64,000 nucleotides of DNA. It comes from an uncultured Rivularia sp. (GTDB taxonomy: Bacteria; Cyanobacteriota; Cyanobacteriia; Cyanobacteriales; Nostocaceae). The stretch spans positions 3,712,001 through 3,776,000 of the forward strand of contig OY762007.1 of assembly GCA_963665115.1 (NCBI GenBank), in the 5' to 3' direction. The notes beneath the pieces are model-generated. The model had not been told where the DNA came from, searched no databases, and saw nothing but the letters and a program-made list of their open reading frames with translations. A program made the position numbers and the translations under genes. Positions 10,949 through 21,390 of the stretch are shown here, one piece after another; position 1 is the stretch's first letter; the number at the start of each line of letters is the position of its first letter.

Positions 10949-11006
10949 GATAGTTGTTAGTTGTTAATTGTTAGGAGTTATAACTCTAAACCTTTGACTT
11001 TAAAAC

Positions 11007-11187
11007 CTAAGATGTTTGTTTCTTACCAAGTTTAAGGAAAGGGTTCTTCTGCTGCTGCTAACATCCGGATCGGTAATGTTTTCCCAGCACCGTTTGGCTT
11101 GATGAGTCCCCGTCGGTATTCACCTCCACCTATTTCTAAATCAACCTTATATAACTCACTGCTACGAATGGCTAATTTTTTTACCAT
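11007..11187 (-). pseudogene. Remnant of ABC transporter ATP-binding gene with large internal deletion
   Basis: ATG 11187 gives MVKKLAIRSSELYKVDLEIGGGEYRRGLIKPNGAGKTLPIRMLAAAEEP (Walker A-like), joined out of frame to a C-terminal-like FLKLGKKQTS* ending at 11007. Confidence 0.75.
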
Positions 11188-11421
11188 TATTCTGGAAGTC
11201 AGGCTGACATTTTCGTATAACCCAGATTCCGCACCCTACAACTTCGATCCGAATAGTTTCGGATATTAATACGTATCCTTAACAAAACTTGATATTTTAT
11301 TTGATTAATATAGTAAGAAGGTTCTACGTGCCGCGATTTGTTACTCGATCTAAAGACAGGCATTCCAGTCAGATTTGGTTTGCTATGATAACAAAAATAT
11401 TAATCAAGCATTTATCAGTTA

Positions 11422-11514
11422 TAGGAGTTACGCAGCAATAACGGAAAATATAGTGTTTCAGACATCTCAGATCCCCCCAACCCCCCTTTTAAAGGGGGGC
11501 TTGCGTAAGTCCTA
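11422..11514. mobile_element. MITE-like repeat (TAGGA[G/C]TTACGCA...TGCGTAAGTCCTA)
   Basis: Terminal inverted repeat enclosing a CCCCCC-TTTTAAA-GGGGGG hairpin; same ends at 21930-22080. Confidence 0.6.
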
Positions 11515-11608
11515 AGTTATTGTCCCCAGTCTCAGGATCAATACTGTATTTTGAAGTATGTTATTTACATAGAAACAAGTGAATCTACCATAAACCAGAA
11601 AGAAGCCC

Positions 11609-12529
11609 GTGAAAAACGAAGCTAACGAATCGGCTGAGACAGTAAATCAAAGCTCGGAATCCAACCAAGCAGAAATTCAGCAGCAAAGTATTCGAGACAA
11701 AATAATCGATGAAGTTGTCAAAGGTGGAAATCCTGGCAGTCTAAATTTAATCTTCGCCGATTTAAAGGAAGCACAGTTAATTGGTGTCAATCTTAACCAA
11801 ATGTATTTAAGTGGTGTTGAATTAAACAATGCAAATTTAACAGGTGCCCAATTGATAGAAGTTGATTTAAGCGAAGCGGATTTAAGCGATGCAAGATTAG
11901 TAGATGCTCAATTAGTAGGCGCTAATCTTAATAGCATAAAATTAATTGGAGCTAATCTTAATAATGCTAATTTACAAGATAGCAATCTTAGTACTGCTAA
12001 GCTGAATAATGCTTGCTTAATCGGTGCAAATTTAATTGGTGCAAATTTAAGCGGTGCCCAATTACTCAATGCCAATTTGAATAATACTCAACTTAATAAA
12101 ATTTATTTATGGAATGCTAACCTTAATAATGCTCAGTTAGCCAATGCTGACTTAACTGGTGCCTATATGAATAATGTCAAACTTAATAGTGCTAACTTGA
12201 CTCGTGCGATTATCAAAGATGCTCAACTTGCTGAAGCCAAGTTGAAAAACGCTAATTTAGAATGGGTTGATTTGAGCGGTGCCCAATTAGATAACGCTAA
12301 CTTGAGAAATGCTAACTTAAGCGGAGCTAGTTTAGAAAACGCTAACTTATTAAATGCAAATTTTGAAGAAACTATTCTGTATAACACAGACTTTAGAAAA
12401 GCGAACTTAACCAATACCAACTTTATTAATGCAAAAGTTACAAATGCTCGCTTTGGTTGGAATCTAGGCATTAGCGAAGATGTCAAACTTTATTTAAAGC
12501 GACTAGGAGCAATTTTTGATGATGAGTAA
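11609..12529 (+). CDS. Pentapeptide repeat protein
   Basis: Long run of A(N/D/Q/K)Lxx repeats. Confidence 0.95.
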   Translation: MKNEANESAETVNQSSESNQAEIQQQSIRDKIIDEVVKGGNPGSLNLIFADLKEAQLIGVNLNQMYLSGVELNNANLTGAQLIEVDLSEADLSDARLVDAQLVGANLNSIKLIGANLNNANLQDSNLSTAKLNNACLIGANLIGANLSGAQLLNANLNNTQLNKIYLWNANLNNAQLANADLTGAYMNNVKLNSANLTRAIIKDAQLAEAKLKNANLEWVDLSGAQLDNANLRNANLSGASLENANLLNANFEETILYNTDFRKANLTNTNFINAKVTNARFGWNLGISEDVKLYLKRLGAIFDDE

Positions 12530-12540
12530 TTATCTCTCTT

Positions 12541-12720
12541 CTAAGAAACTAAAGTAATCAAGTGAGAAAAAGCTTCTGTTGCATCTGCTATCGCTTTAGT
12601 TTGAAATACAAATTCGCTATAGTCAGCCAAATTATCCAACCCAACCAGATTTAACATTACTTCTGTCGTTGCCCACGCAGAAGTTTCAACAAATAGTTTG
12701 CGCCATCGTACTTTTTTCAT
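12541..12720 (-). CDS. Small hypothetical protein, 59 aa (below ORF-track cutoff)
   Basis: MKKVRWRKLFVETSAWATTEVMLNLVGLDNLADYSEFVFQTKAIADATEAFSHLITLVS*; GAGG RBS; GLDNLADYSEF resembles a small cyanobacterial protein family as I recall it. Confidence 0.65.
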   Translation of the reverse strand: MKKVRWRKLFVETSAWATTEVMLNLVGLDNLADYSEFVFQTKAIADATEAFSHLITLVS

Positions 12721-12771
12721 GTTCGTTTCCTCATCTCAAATATCATTTACAAAGAAATTGATTAATCTTGC

Positions 12772-12829
12772 ATCTTGCATCGGTGTCAGAAACCGGGTTT
12801 CTAAAGGCTCGTTGAGAATAGTGCAAGAT
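12772..12829. repeat. Short member of the TCTTGCA...TGCAAGA repeat family
   Basis: Near-identical to 53891-53947 and to the right half of 9089-9200. Confidence 0.6.
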
Positions 12830-13044
12830 ATCAGTTAATTAAATTTTATATCTTTGTTAAAAAATGTAAATGATTTTGATAGTCGATTACAATACCTCAA
12901 CTGGATAAGTGAGGTAGTGATTTTACTTCTGAAAGAGATGGCAATCACCAATTGACGAATATTGCACTTAGTCTAGAAGGCTGGTGCTACAAAAACAAAG
13001 CCCGTCTGCACGGGCTAGAAATTGATTGTAAAACCTGGTAACTG

Positions 13045-14418
13045 TTAACTGTTCACTGTCAACAGTTGCACAGCATCCGCTTGTGTAGGTAAAGCCGCTG
13101 TCAAAACTTCACTACCATTCTCTGTAACTAAAACATCATCTTCGATGCGGATTCCTCGTACATCTGCAAATTGAGTTAGACGTTCCCAATTCACCGATTT
13201 ATTAAACTGTTCGCGTACTTCAGCACTATCTAAGATCGCCGGTACTTGATAAAAACCAGGTTCAATTGTAACCACCATGCCAGTACGTAAAGGTCGATTC
13301 AAGCGCAAATAACCTAAACCAAAACGCCCGCTTCTTTCTCTTCGGGGTTCGTATCCTGCTAAGTCTCCCAAATCTTCCATGTCATGCACGTCTAAGCCTA
13401 ATAAATGACCTATTCCGTGGGGAAAAAACAAGGCATGAGCGTCTATCTCGACTAATTCTTCAGAATTACCTTGCAAAATTCCTAAATTTACCAAACCTTC
13501 GGTAATAATCCTACAAGCACAAAGATGAATGTCTTCGTATTCAACACCAGCACTAATTTTATCAATGCAGGCATCATGTGCTGCTAAAACAACATCATAA
13601 ATATCCCTTTGAGTCGATGAAAATTTACCGCTAACTGGCCAGGTGCGAGTCACATCAGCAGCCCAACCCATAGAAGTTTCTGCACCGACATCAGCAAGTA
13701 ACAAGTCATTCTGATTCAGGGAGTTTTGATAATTTTCGTTGTGCAAGACTTCCCCGCGCACGGTAACAATACTGTTATAAGATGTTGTCATATTGCGAGC
13801 AATGATAACCGATTCCATCGCCGCTCGCACTTGGGCTTCTGTTTTCGCTTTAATAGTTGCCGCCATCCCAGCGAGGTGCGCTTCCACAGTAACGCCAACA
13901 GCTTGACGTATTTCACTTAAAGCTGCTTCGTCATGAGTAAGCCGCAATTCAACAACTGCTTTAGCTAACTCCAAATCTAGATTTTCTGGCGCACGTTGCG
14001 GTAAAACCCATCTATCCAGTAATTGTGACTGTTGCGTCCATGAGCCTGCATCTTGTACCGCAATAGTTGCCACACCTTCTAAATGCGATTCTAATTCTGC
14101 CATCGAGTAAGCTTCATCGGCTCCGATTTGTTCAGCAATTCGATCGCGAGATGGCGTTTCTCCATGCCAAAGAGCGCTACTTGCTCCGGGATTATCCATG
14201 AATAACTGCAACTTACCTGCTTCCAAGCGAATCGCTGCATTTTTTAAAGGTAATCCTGCGAAATAGAGAAAATGACTGCTAGGGCGATGAGGAAAAATAT
14301 TTGCAGCAAAATTTCGCGGGCTAGGACTTCCAGACCAAAATATTGCGGGAAAATCGATTATTTTAGCTAACTTTTCTCGTCTTTGACGTAGAATTTCTGT
14401 AAGATTTGAGGTAGTCAT
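13045..14418 (-). CDS. pepP: Xaa-Pro aminopeptidase (M24B)
   Basis: LLADVG, ADVTRTWP, HGIGHLLGLDVHD, TIEPGFY, GIRIEDDV metal-binding motifs. Confidence 0.95.
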   Translation of the reverse strand: MTTSNLTEILRQRREKLAKIIDFPAIFWSGSPSPRNFAANIFPHRPSSHFLYFAGLPLKNAAIRLEAGKLQLFMDNPGASSALWHGETPSRDRIAEQIGADEAYSMAELESHLEGVATIAVQDAGSWTQQSQLLDRWVLPQRAPENLDLELAKAVVELRLTHDEAALSEIRQAVGVTVEAHLAGMAATIKAKTEAQVRAAMESVIIARNMTTSYNSIVTVRGEVLHNENYQNSLNQNDLLLADVGAETSMGWAADVTRTWPVSGKFSSTQRDIYDVVLAAHDACIDKISAGVEYEDIHLCACRIITEGLVNLGILQGNSEELVEIDAHALFFPHGIGHLLGLDVHDMEDLGDLAGYEPRRERSGRFGLGYLRLNRPLRTGMVVTIEPGFYQVPAILDSAEVREQFNKSVNWERLTQFADVRGIRIEDDVLVTENGSEVLTAALPTQADAVQLLTVNS

Positions 14419-14424
14419 GGTTTG

Positions 14425-14598
14425 GGGATGAGGGAGAGGGGGAAGAGGGGGAAGAGGGGGTAGAGGGGGTAGAGGGGGAAGAGGGGGTAGAATTTAGGTG
14501 GTAACAAGTTACTGATAACTGATAACTGATAACTGATAACTGATAACTGATAACTGATAACTGATAACTGATAACTGATAACTGATAACTGATAACTG
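14425..14598. repeat. Tandem arrays: GGGG(A/T)AGAG 9-mers and about 12 ACTGATA heptamers (STRR-type)
   Basis: Directly visible at about 14430-14490 and 14511-14598 between divergent genes. Confidence 0.95.
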
Positions 14599-14610
14599 TT
14601 CACTGTAAAA

Positions 14611-15045
14611 ATGTTTCCTAAACCGAAAGCTAAGCTGAGTGGTATTAAAGAGAAAAACTGGGCGATTGAAGAATTACCGGGATTAAAGCAGGATGAAATT
14701 GATAACTTGAAAAGTAAGGGTTTTACAAGTACTTTAAGTCTGGTGAAACAAGGAAGAAATTTACAAGAAAAGTTGATACTGGCACAAAAACTACAGGTTC
14801 ATGTCCAGTATGTTAATAAATGGGTTGCTTTAGCCGATTTGGCTCGAATTCCTGCTGTAGGTACTGAATATTGTGGATTGTTGCTTCATGCTGGTATTGC
14901 TTCGGTGATACAGTTGACGACTACTCCTCCCCATCGCTTGCACAAACAAATTTTACGTTTGCAAGTTGCAACTCTACAGAGAAGAGATTTATGTCCTGCT
15001 GTTGAACTTGTACAACAATGGGTTCAAGATGCGAAAAAGTTATGA
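14611..15045 (+). CDS. DUF4332 domain protein (helix-hairpin-helix-like)
   Basis: IEELPGL, WVALADLARIPAVG, LLLHAGIASV motifs. Confidence 0.8.
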   Translation: MFPKPKAKLSGIKEKNWAIEELPGLKQDEIDNLKSKGFTSTLSLVKQGRNLQEKLILAQKLQVHVQYVNKWVALADLARIPAVGTEYCGLLLHAGIASVIQLTTTPPHRLHKQILRLQVATLQRRDLCPAVELVQQWVQDAKKL

Positions 15046-15206
15046 GTTAAGAGTTATGAATTATGAGTTATGAATTATGAGTTATGAATTACGGGTTATC
15101 AAACTTACATCTTGTGTACGAAATGTATTAAGTGTTTGAAAATTGATTTTAAATTCTAGATTTTTAATTCTTCATTCTTAACTTTAACTCTTAACTTTTA
15201 ACCCAA

Positions 15207-15818
15207 TTATTCTTTTTCCAAAACGCCGTTAAGAAATATGTCAGCTAATCCTTCTGCCATTTTTTGTTTTTCTTGGGGAGAAGCATCTGGTTCCATAAGG
15301 GTTTCGTGGGAAAAGCCTGCTACGGCAAACATTCCTAAAAATACCTGTGCGACGAGTTTCGCATCTGTCTTGCGATAGATTCCTCTATCCATTGCTGTTT
15401 GAAAGAAGCCTTCGGCGACATGAGTCATTTTATCGATCACTTCTTTTTGAATGCGATCGCGCAAGTCGGGATGAAATTGCGCTTCCATAAAACAAACTTT
15501 CATCATGTCGGCATTTTTTTGTAAATTCCACATCCGACGACGCATGACTTGGGCTACGGCTTTGTAGCTGCCCATTTCGCTCAATTCGGTGAGTAAATCT
15601 GTGAGAATATCTACCCAACCTGCGGTTGCAACTTCGACTAAAATTGCTTTTTTATTAGAGAAATGACGGAACAAGGTTCCTTCTGCAACCCCTGCTTTTT
15701 GTGCTAAGTCGCGGGTAGTAGTACCGTCAAACCCTTTAGAAGCAAATAGTTTTTGTGCCGCTTGTAAAATGCGATCGCGTGTTTGTATTTCTGGGGGAGG
15801 AGATTTAAAAGCTCGCAT
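15207..15818 (-). CDS. TetR/AcrR family transcriptional regulator
   Basis: ILQAAQKLFASKGFDGTTTRDLAQKAGVAEGTLFRHF. Confidence 0.93.
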   Translation of the reverse strand: MRAFKSPPPEIQTRDRILQAAQKLFASKGFDGTTTRDLAQKAGVAEGTLFRHFSNKKAILVEVATAGWVDILTDLLTELSEMGSYKAVAQVMRRRMWNLQKNADMMKVCFMEAQFHPDLRDRIQKEVIDKMTHVAEGFFQTAMDRGIYRKTDAKLVAQVFLGMFAVAGFSHETLMEPDASPQEKQKMAEGLADIFLNGVLEKE

Positions 15819-16160
15819 AATATTGGTTTTAGTGATTCTGGAACTGCATATGTAGCATTATTGTCTAACGTTAAGTACCATAACCTGCAAATCTTTAATA
15901 TAAGATTAAGCGTTGAGAATTGATATTTATTGGTGAGTTTAAATTTACTCAGAAGATAGCACGATAATTGGTAATTTGTAATACGTTGCTTGATCTCATC
16001 GCGAGTTGCTCCCATTCAAAATATAGGGGATGAAGATATATGGCGATAAGGTGAAATCCTGCTTACAGGTTCATCCCGTTGTTTTTAAACGTCAGAGATG
16101 TCAAAATGTTCAATCCTGTTTATATTGCTTGCAAAGGTTACACAATTTAAAAGGAAAATT

Positions 16161-17726
16161 ATGGGAAATTTCTCACGTCGGCTATTCGCACTTTTTTTGG
16201 CATTAGTTTTTTGGTGGGAGTTTCTGCCCCTATTTGCATTTGCTCAAACTCCCTCTAAAACCCCAAGCGCCGAGTCAAATGAATTTTCAATTCAACCTTA
16301 CTTAAATCGGGTTGTTGAAAATTTGACGGAGTTCAAATTAGACAATGGTATGAAGTTCATTGTTTTACGACGAACTCAAGCACCCGTAGTTTCTTTTGTT
16401 ACTTATGCTGATGTTGGCGGCGTGGATGAACCAGAGGGAAAGACTGGTGTTGCACACTTTCTAGAACATTTGGCTTTTAAAGGTACGGATAGAATTGGGA
16501 CTACGAATTACGCAAGAGAAAAAAGGTTGCTGGATAGATTAGATCGAGTAGCAGCCCAAATTCAACAAGCGCAAGCAGCTGGACAAAAAGATAAAGTTGC
16601 TCAATTACAAGCTAGGTTTAAGAAGATAGAAACCCAAGCTCGTGAAACCGTAAACCAAAATGAGTTAGGCAGAATTGTCGAACAAGCGGGGGGTGTGGGT
16701 TTAAATGCCACAACTTCCACAGAAGCTACCAAATATTTTTACAGTTTTCCTGCCAATAAATTAGAACTTTGGATGTCTTTGGAATCGGAGCGTTTTCTTA
16801 ATCCCGTGTTGCGACGCGAGTTTTTTAAGGAAAAAGACGTAATTCTTGAAGAAAGACGGATGCGGGTAGATAATTCCCCCATCGGACAAATGATTGAAAA
16901 GTTCAACGATACTGCTTTTGAAAAACATCCTTACAAACGTCCGGTGATAGGTTATGACAAAGATATTCGCAATTTAACCACGCAAGACGTACAGCAATTT
17001 TTCGAGACATATTATGTACCGAGCAATCTTACAGTTGCTGTTGTTGGAGATGTCAAGCCTGCTGAAGTCAAGAAAATGGCAGAAGCTTATTTTGGTCGTT
17101 ATGAAGCCAAACCCAAACCAGAGCAAAAACTTCCGGTAGAGCCAAAACAAACTAAAGAAAAAGAATTTACCTTAAATCTACCTTCTCAACCTTGGTATTT
17201 AGAAGGTTATCATCGTCCAAGTATCAATGACGCAGATAATGCAGTTTACGACATCATCGGTAGTTTGCTCAGCGACGGACGTACTTCGCGGCTATATAAA
17301 TCTTTAGTAGAAGAGAAGCAATTAGCACTCGCAGCCCAAGGTTTTAGCGGCTTTCCCGGAGATAAATATCCGAACCTAATGCTATTCTACGCTTTGACTG
17401 CACCTGGACGTAGCGTTGATGAAGTAGCAGCAGCCTTAACAGAGCAAATTGAACTTTTAAAAACACAGCCAGTTTCTGCTCAAGAATTAGAAAGAGTAAA
17501 AACCAACGCTCGCGCCGGATTATTGCGCTCCCTCGATTCCAATATGGGTATGGCGCAGCAGTTATTAGAATATGAAGTCAAAACTGGTTCTTGGAAGAAC
17601 TTGTTTGCACAGTTAGAAAAAATTGAAGCAGTTACCGCCCAAGATATTATGCGCGTAGCCAAAGAAACTTTCGTTGCAGAAAATCGCACCGTCGGTAAAT
17701 TGTTGCCGAAGAAGCCAGGTAGTTAA
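16161..17726 (+). CDS. M16 zinc peptidase, catalytic subunit, with signal peptide
   Basis: HFLEH inverted zinc motif, NATTS, EERRMR, HPY; start 16161 preferred, 16098 possible. Confidence 0.92.
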   Translation: MGNFSRRLFALFLALVFWWEFLPLFAFAQTPSKTPSAESNEFSIQPYLNRVVENLTEFKLDNGMKFIVLRRTQAPVVSFVTYADVGGVDEPEGKTGVAHFLEHLAFKGTDRIGTTNYAREKRLLDRLDRVAAQIQQAQAAGQKDKVAQLQARFKKIETQARETVNQNELGRIVEQAGGVGLNATTSTEATKYFYSFPANKLELWMSLESERFLNPVLRREFFKEKDVILEERRMRVDNSPIGQMIEKFNDTAFEKHPYKRPVIGYDKDIRNLTTQDVQQFFETYYVPSNLTVAVVGDVKPAEVKKMAEAYFGRYEAKPKPEQKLPVEPKQTKEKEFTLNLPSQPWYLEGYHRPSINDADNAVYDIIGSLLSDGRTSRLYKSLVEEKQLALAAQGFSGFPGDKYPNLMLFYALTAPGRSVDEVAAALTEQIELLKTQPVSAQELERVKTNARAGLLRSLDSNMGMAQQLLEYEVKTGSWKNLFAQLEKIEAVTAQDIMRVAKETFVAENRTVGKLLPKKPGS

Positions 17727-18003
17727 GAGACAAGGTGACAAGAAGACAAGGGAAGAAGGAGACAAGGAGACAAGGAGACAAGGGGACAAGGAGACAAGGG
17801 GACAAGGAGACAAGGGGACAAGGAGACAAGGAGAAGGGGACAAGGGGAGAGAAAAATGTTTGGTAGCTAGGGAGCAAGATGCTCCCACTACTATTTTTTT
17901 TATAACTCCCTACTCCCTACTTACTACTCTTAACTCCTTACTCTTTACTCTTAACTCCTAACTCCCAATTCCCAATTCCCAATCCCCAATTCCCAATTCC
18001 CAA
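17727..18003. repeat. GACAAGG(A/G) 8-mer array, GGGAGCAAGATGCTCCC palindrome and CCCAATT heptamer array
   Basis: Visible arrays; a similar composite occurs inverted at about 24360-24545. Confidence 0.9.
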
Positions 18004-18015
18004 CAAGGAGAGAGA

Positions 18016-19536
18016 ATGAAGATTAAAAGAATAAGGTACAACAAGAAAGTGAAAAGATTGCTTTACTCGTTACTGGTTTGTTTGGCTTTTGTGCTGGTAA
18101 GTTTTAACTTTTCTGGTGCAATGGCACAGCAAGTAACGCCTAAATATACACCAAAGCATTATACTGATTTGGAATTCAAGCCGGTAGGCGAAATCAAGTT
18201 ACCCGAATACGAACGGTACCAACTTGAGAACGGCATGATAGTTTATTTGATGGAGAATCACGAGTTACCGTTGGTTAATGGTAGTGCATTTATTCGTACT
18301 GGCTCTCGCTTTGAACCTGCCTCGGAAGTTGGTTTAGCTGAGTTAACAGGTGGAGTCATGCGTACTGGGGGAACTGTGCAACATCCTCCCGATAAACTCA
18401 ATCAAATGTTGGAGCAAAGAGCAGCTTCGGTAGAAACTAATATTGGTGATACTTCAGGTAGTGCTGGTTTTCAATCGCTCAGCGAAGATGTAGATACAGT
18501 TTTTGGGTTATTTGCTGAAGTATTGCAACAACCAGCGTTTTCCGAGAATCAGTTGGAGTTAGCAAAAACCCAGATGAAGGGTGGTATTGCGCGTCGTAAC
18601 GATAGCCCAGATCAAATTGCAGGAAGGGAATTCAAAAAGTTAATTTACGGTGAAAATAGCCCTTATGCCCGCATCCCCGAATATTCATCGCTAAATAATA
18701 TTACTCGCGAGGATTTAGTAAAGTTCTATCAGCAGTATTATTATCCCAATAATATGATTTTGGGAATCGAAGGGGATTTTGATTCTGCCAAAATGAAATC
18801 CTTAATTCAGCAAACACTTGGTAAATGGAAAGCTAATCCCAACTTCAAGAAGCCCGCATTACCAGAAGTTTCTCAAGCTAAAACCGGCGGAGTATTTTTT
18901 GTCAATCAACCGCAGTTAACCCAAAGTAACGTACTTATCGGACATATCGGCGATAAATTTGCTAGCCCCGACTATCCCGAATTGGATGTAATGAATGGGG
19001 TGATGAATGGCTTCGGTGGCAGATTATTTAATGAAGTGCGATCGCGCCAAGGTTTAGCATATTCGGTATACGGTTATTGGAGTCCCCGCTTTGATTATCC
19101 TGGTATGTTTATTGCAGGCGGGCAAACACGTAGTGATGCTACAGTACAGTTTGTCAAAGCTGTAGAGGAAGAAATCAAGCGGATTCAAACTCAACCTGTA
19201 ACTCCTCAAGAATTAGCGTTTGCTAAAGAGTCTACTTTGAATTCTTTCGTATTCAACTTCCAAGATCCCGCTCAAACTTTATCACGATTGATACGCTACG
19301 AATATTACGGTTATCCTAAAGATTTCTTGTTTACCTATCAAAAGCAGGTAGAAAACACTACGGTAGCAGATGTACAGCGAGTTGCTAAAGAACATCTAAA
19401 ACTGGATAAATTAGTATTTTTGGTAGTAGGAAATCAAACCGCGATTAATCCACCACTTACACAACTGGCATCGCAGGTAACGCCAATAGATGTAACCATT
19501 CCCGGTACGCCAAAACCGCAAGCGAGTCAACAATAG
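18016..19536 (+). CDS. M16 peptidase, non-catalytic partner subunit
   Basis: M16 motifs (LENGM, RLFNEVRSRQGLAYSV) without HxxEH; signal peptide. Confidence 0.9.
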   Translation: MKIKRIRYNKKVKRLLYSLLVCLAFVLVSFNFSGAMAQQVTPKYTPKHYTDLEFKPVGEIKLPEYERYQLENGMIVYLMENHELPLVNGSAFIRTGSRFEPASEVGLAELTGGVMRTGGTVQHPPDKLNQMLEQRAASVETNIGDTSGSAGFQSLSEDVDTVFGLFAEVLQQPAFSENQLELAKTQMKGGIARRNDSPDQIAGREFKKLIYGENSPYARIPEYSSLNNITREDLVKFYQQYYYPNNMILGIEGDFDSAKMKSLIQQTLGKWKANPNFKKPALPEVSQAKTGGVFFVNQPQLTQSNVLIGHIGDKFASPDYPELDVMNGVMNGFGGRLFNEVRSRQGLAYSVYGYWSPRFDYPGMFIAGGQTRSDATVQFVKAVEEEIKRIQTQPVTPQELAFAKESTLNSFVFNFQDPAQTLSRLIRYEYYGYPKDFLFTYQKQVENTTVADVQRVAKEHLKLDKLVFLVVGNQTAINPPLTQLASQVTPIDVTIPGTPKPQASQQ

Positions 19537-19556
19537 TTTTCTTTTCTAAATAGATG

Positions 19557-19591
19557 AAAAACCCGGTTTATTGATTAAGCCGGGTTTTTTT
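19557..19591 (+). terminator. Rho-independent terminator
   Basis: AAAAACCCGGTTTA-loop-TAAGCCGGGTTTTTTT downstream of the M16 pair. Confidence 0.8.
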
Positions 19592-20040
19592 ATGCTTTTT
19601 TATTTCTTTCTTTGAAAAAATTATAGTTTTATTTTTTAATTTAAACCGCTTTACTCGAAATATTGGCTCCTCCGAAGCAATAAATTACGATTGATATGTG
19701 CCGTATCGGGAATATTCCGGAATACAAGTATAAATTTTAATTTGTATTCACAGTAGCTTTACCATGTATCCGTATTTATAGTTTAGTATTATTACTTAAG
19801 TGTTGTTGTAATAAAGTATTGGGTGTTTCGGCTTAAGTCTGGGGCTTTTACGGGCTTGGAACTATACTTTCTGTAAAAAAAATCTTTTGCAGAAACTACA
19901 TATTATCTATCCGTTTGACAATATTTGGGTGAGACTTTCTCTTGCCAAAAGTTTTATTTGCTGCGGATATTAGCTGACTGCTAACTGATTGAGTAAGTCA
20001 GCCAAATTAATAATGCAATTTTTTTTCTTTAGAAAATAAG

Positions 20041-20838
20041 ATGAACAAAAACCTCAAATTAATTCAAAACTTTTTTTTAGTTGCTGCTCCAATTTTAGCT
20101 AGCTCTGTTTTAGGTGTTTCACCTAGTAAAGCTGCTACTTTTGCTTATTCTGAAGGAAATTTCTTCTTTTCAGAATTTAGTCAAAATCCATCAAACGTTG
20201 CAACTATTACAGATACATTAGCCATAGGCGAAGAGCTTATGGTTGACGCTATAGCTTTAGCAGAAGCTGAGTTTATTGTTACACCACCCCAAGCATCAAA
20301 TTCATCTTTGAGTGTAGCTTTTGGTGAAAGCCAAGATTATTTAGTAGTTGCAGAAAGTGAAGCTTCGGTTATCGGTAATTTCGATATAGATGCAAATACA
20401 AATTTTTCTTTCAATTTTTCAGGCGATTTAGAGCTTGCCACATCAATAGACAATCCTCCAAAAGAGAATGCAAGAGCTAGTGGAGATATATCTTTTGCAC
20501 TTATCGATATCCAAAACAGTAATGTCTTAGAATTCTTCAATCTTGTAGGAAACATTGCAACGGAAGGAGATAACGATTTTGTGACGTTACAAAAAAGCGA
20601 TAATATTACTTTAAGTGAAAAATTAATTGCACCTGGTTTTGGCGGTTTGCAAGAATTTCTAGCGGTATCTGTTGAAGGTTCTTTTGAAAGCCATTTTGCG
20701 AAGGAAACAACTTTAGCGTTAGTAGAAGTTAAGCGAAATCGAGCCGAAGTTAAAGCCGTACCCGAAGCTTCAAGTAGTCTGGCTTTGCTCGTATCTAGCG
20801 GCCTTATTGGTGTAGTATTAAAACGCAGACGTAAGTAA
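20041..20838 (+). CDS. PEP-CTERM-type surface protein
   Basis: Signal peptide ending PSKA-AT; C-terminal VPEASS, TM helix, KRRRK. Confidence 0.85.
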   Translation: MNKNLKLIQNFFLVAAPILASSVLGVSPSKAATFAYSEGNFFFSEFSQNPSNVATITDTLAIGEELMVDAIALAEAEFIVTPPQASNSSLSVAFGESQDYLVVAESEASVIGNFDIDANTNFSFNFSGDLELATSIDNPPKENARASGDISFALIDIQNSNVLEFFNLVGNIATEGDNDFVTLQKSDNITLSEKLIAPGFGGLQEFLAVSVEGSFESHFAKETTLALVEVKRNRAEVKAVPEASSSLALLVSSGLIGVVLKRRRK

Positions 20839-21104
20839 AAGATTTTACCCATACTCCTAACTTATTGACAGTTTGGGGTAAGTAGGCAAGCGTAATTGAA
20901 TGTAAGATGTCATTGTTTGAACGCAATGTTGCTTAGAAAGGGAAAGTGCGGTTTATCGCAATGAAGAAGTATATTGTATTTCTTTATACCCACTTACTTG
21001 TTCAAGCTTATAGAAATTTGAAACCGGAATTAATGTAACTTCTTGACGCATCCTCTAATTACATTTTTGTAATTCTGGGATGCTTCTTTATTTAAGCAAA
21101 GAAA

Positions 21105-21215
21105 CTAGTACCGCTGCGCGGAAGTAAAAAGTCAAAAGTAAGAAGTAAAAAGTATTATATAATAAGGCTTTCAAACTTTTTAAATGGGTGCTTTATTTAC
21201 GCCGTACTGTACTAG
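21105..21215. repeat. Small dispersed inverted-repeat element (CTAGTAC...GTACTAG)
   Basis: Terminal inverted repeat with internal AAAAGT(C/A)A heptamers. Confidence 0.5.
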
Positions 21216-21390
21216 ATTTAAATTAAAATTGATTAGTTTTTATTTCTTTAATTAAAGTAAATTCATAAATAAAATTTAGCTTTAACTATAATTCAGTTTT
21301 AAAAAAAAATAATCACAAAATTTTAACTTATTGTATTATTGCTTATATGTTTAGTACAATCTAATAAGTAGTTTTTTAATAGTTAAAAAA

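Noticed and set aside
14415..14603. 62-aa ORF with SYQLSVI repeats
   Set aside because: Translation of heptamer and nonamer tandem repeats; no sign of a real gene
15704..16015. 103-aa minus-strand ORF overlapping the tetR start
   Set aside because: Different frame over a real gene and its promoter region; no recognisable motifs
17480..17961. Overlapping ORFs with SPCLLV / GDKETRR repeats (also 24386-24620)
   Set aside because: Read-through of 8-mer arrays or antisense to the M16 gene
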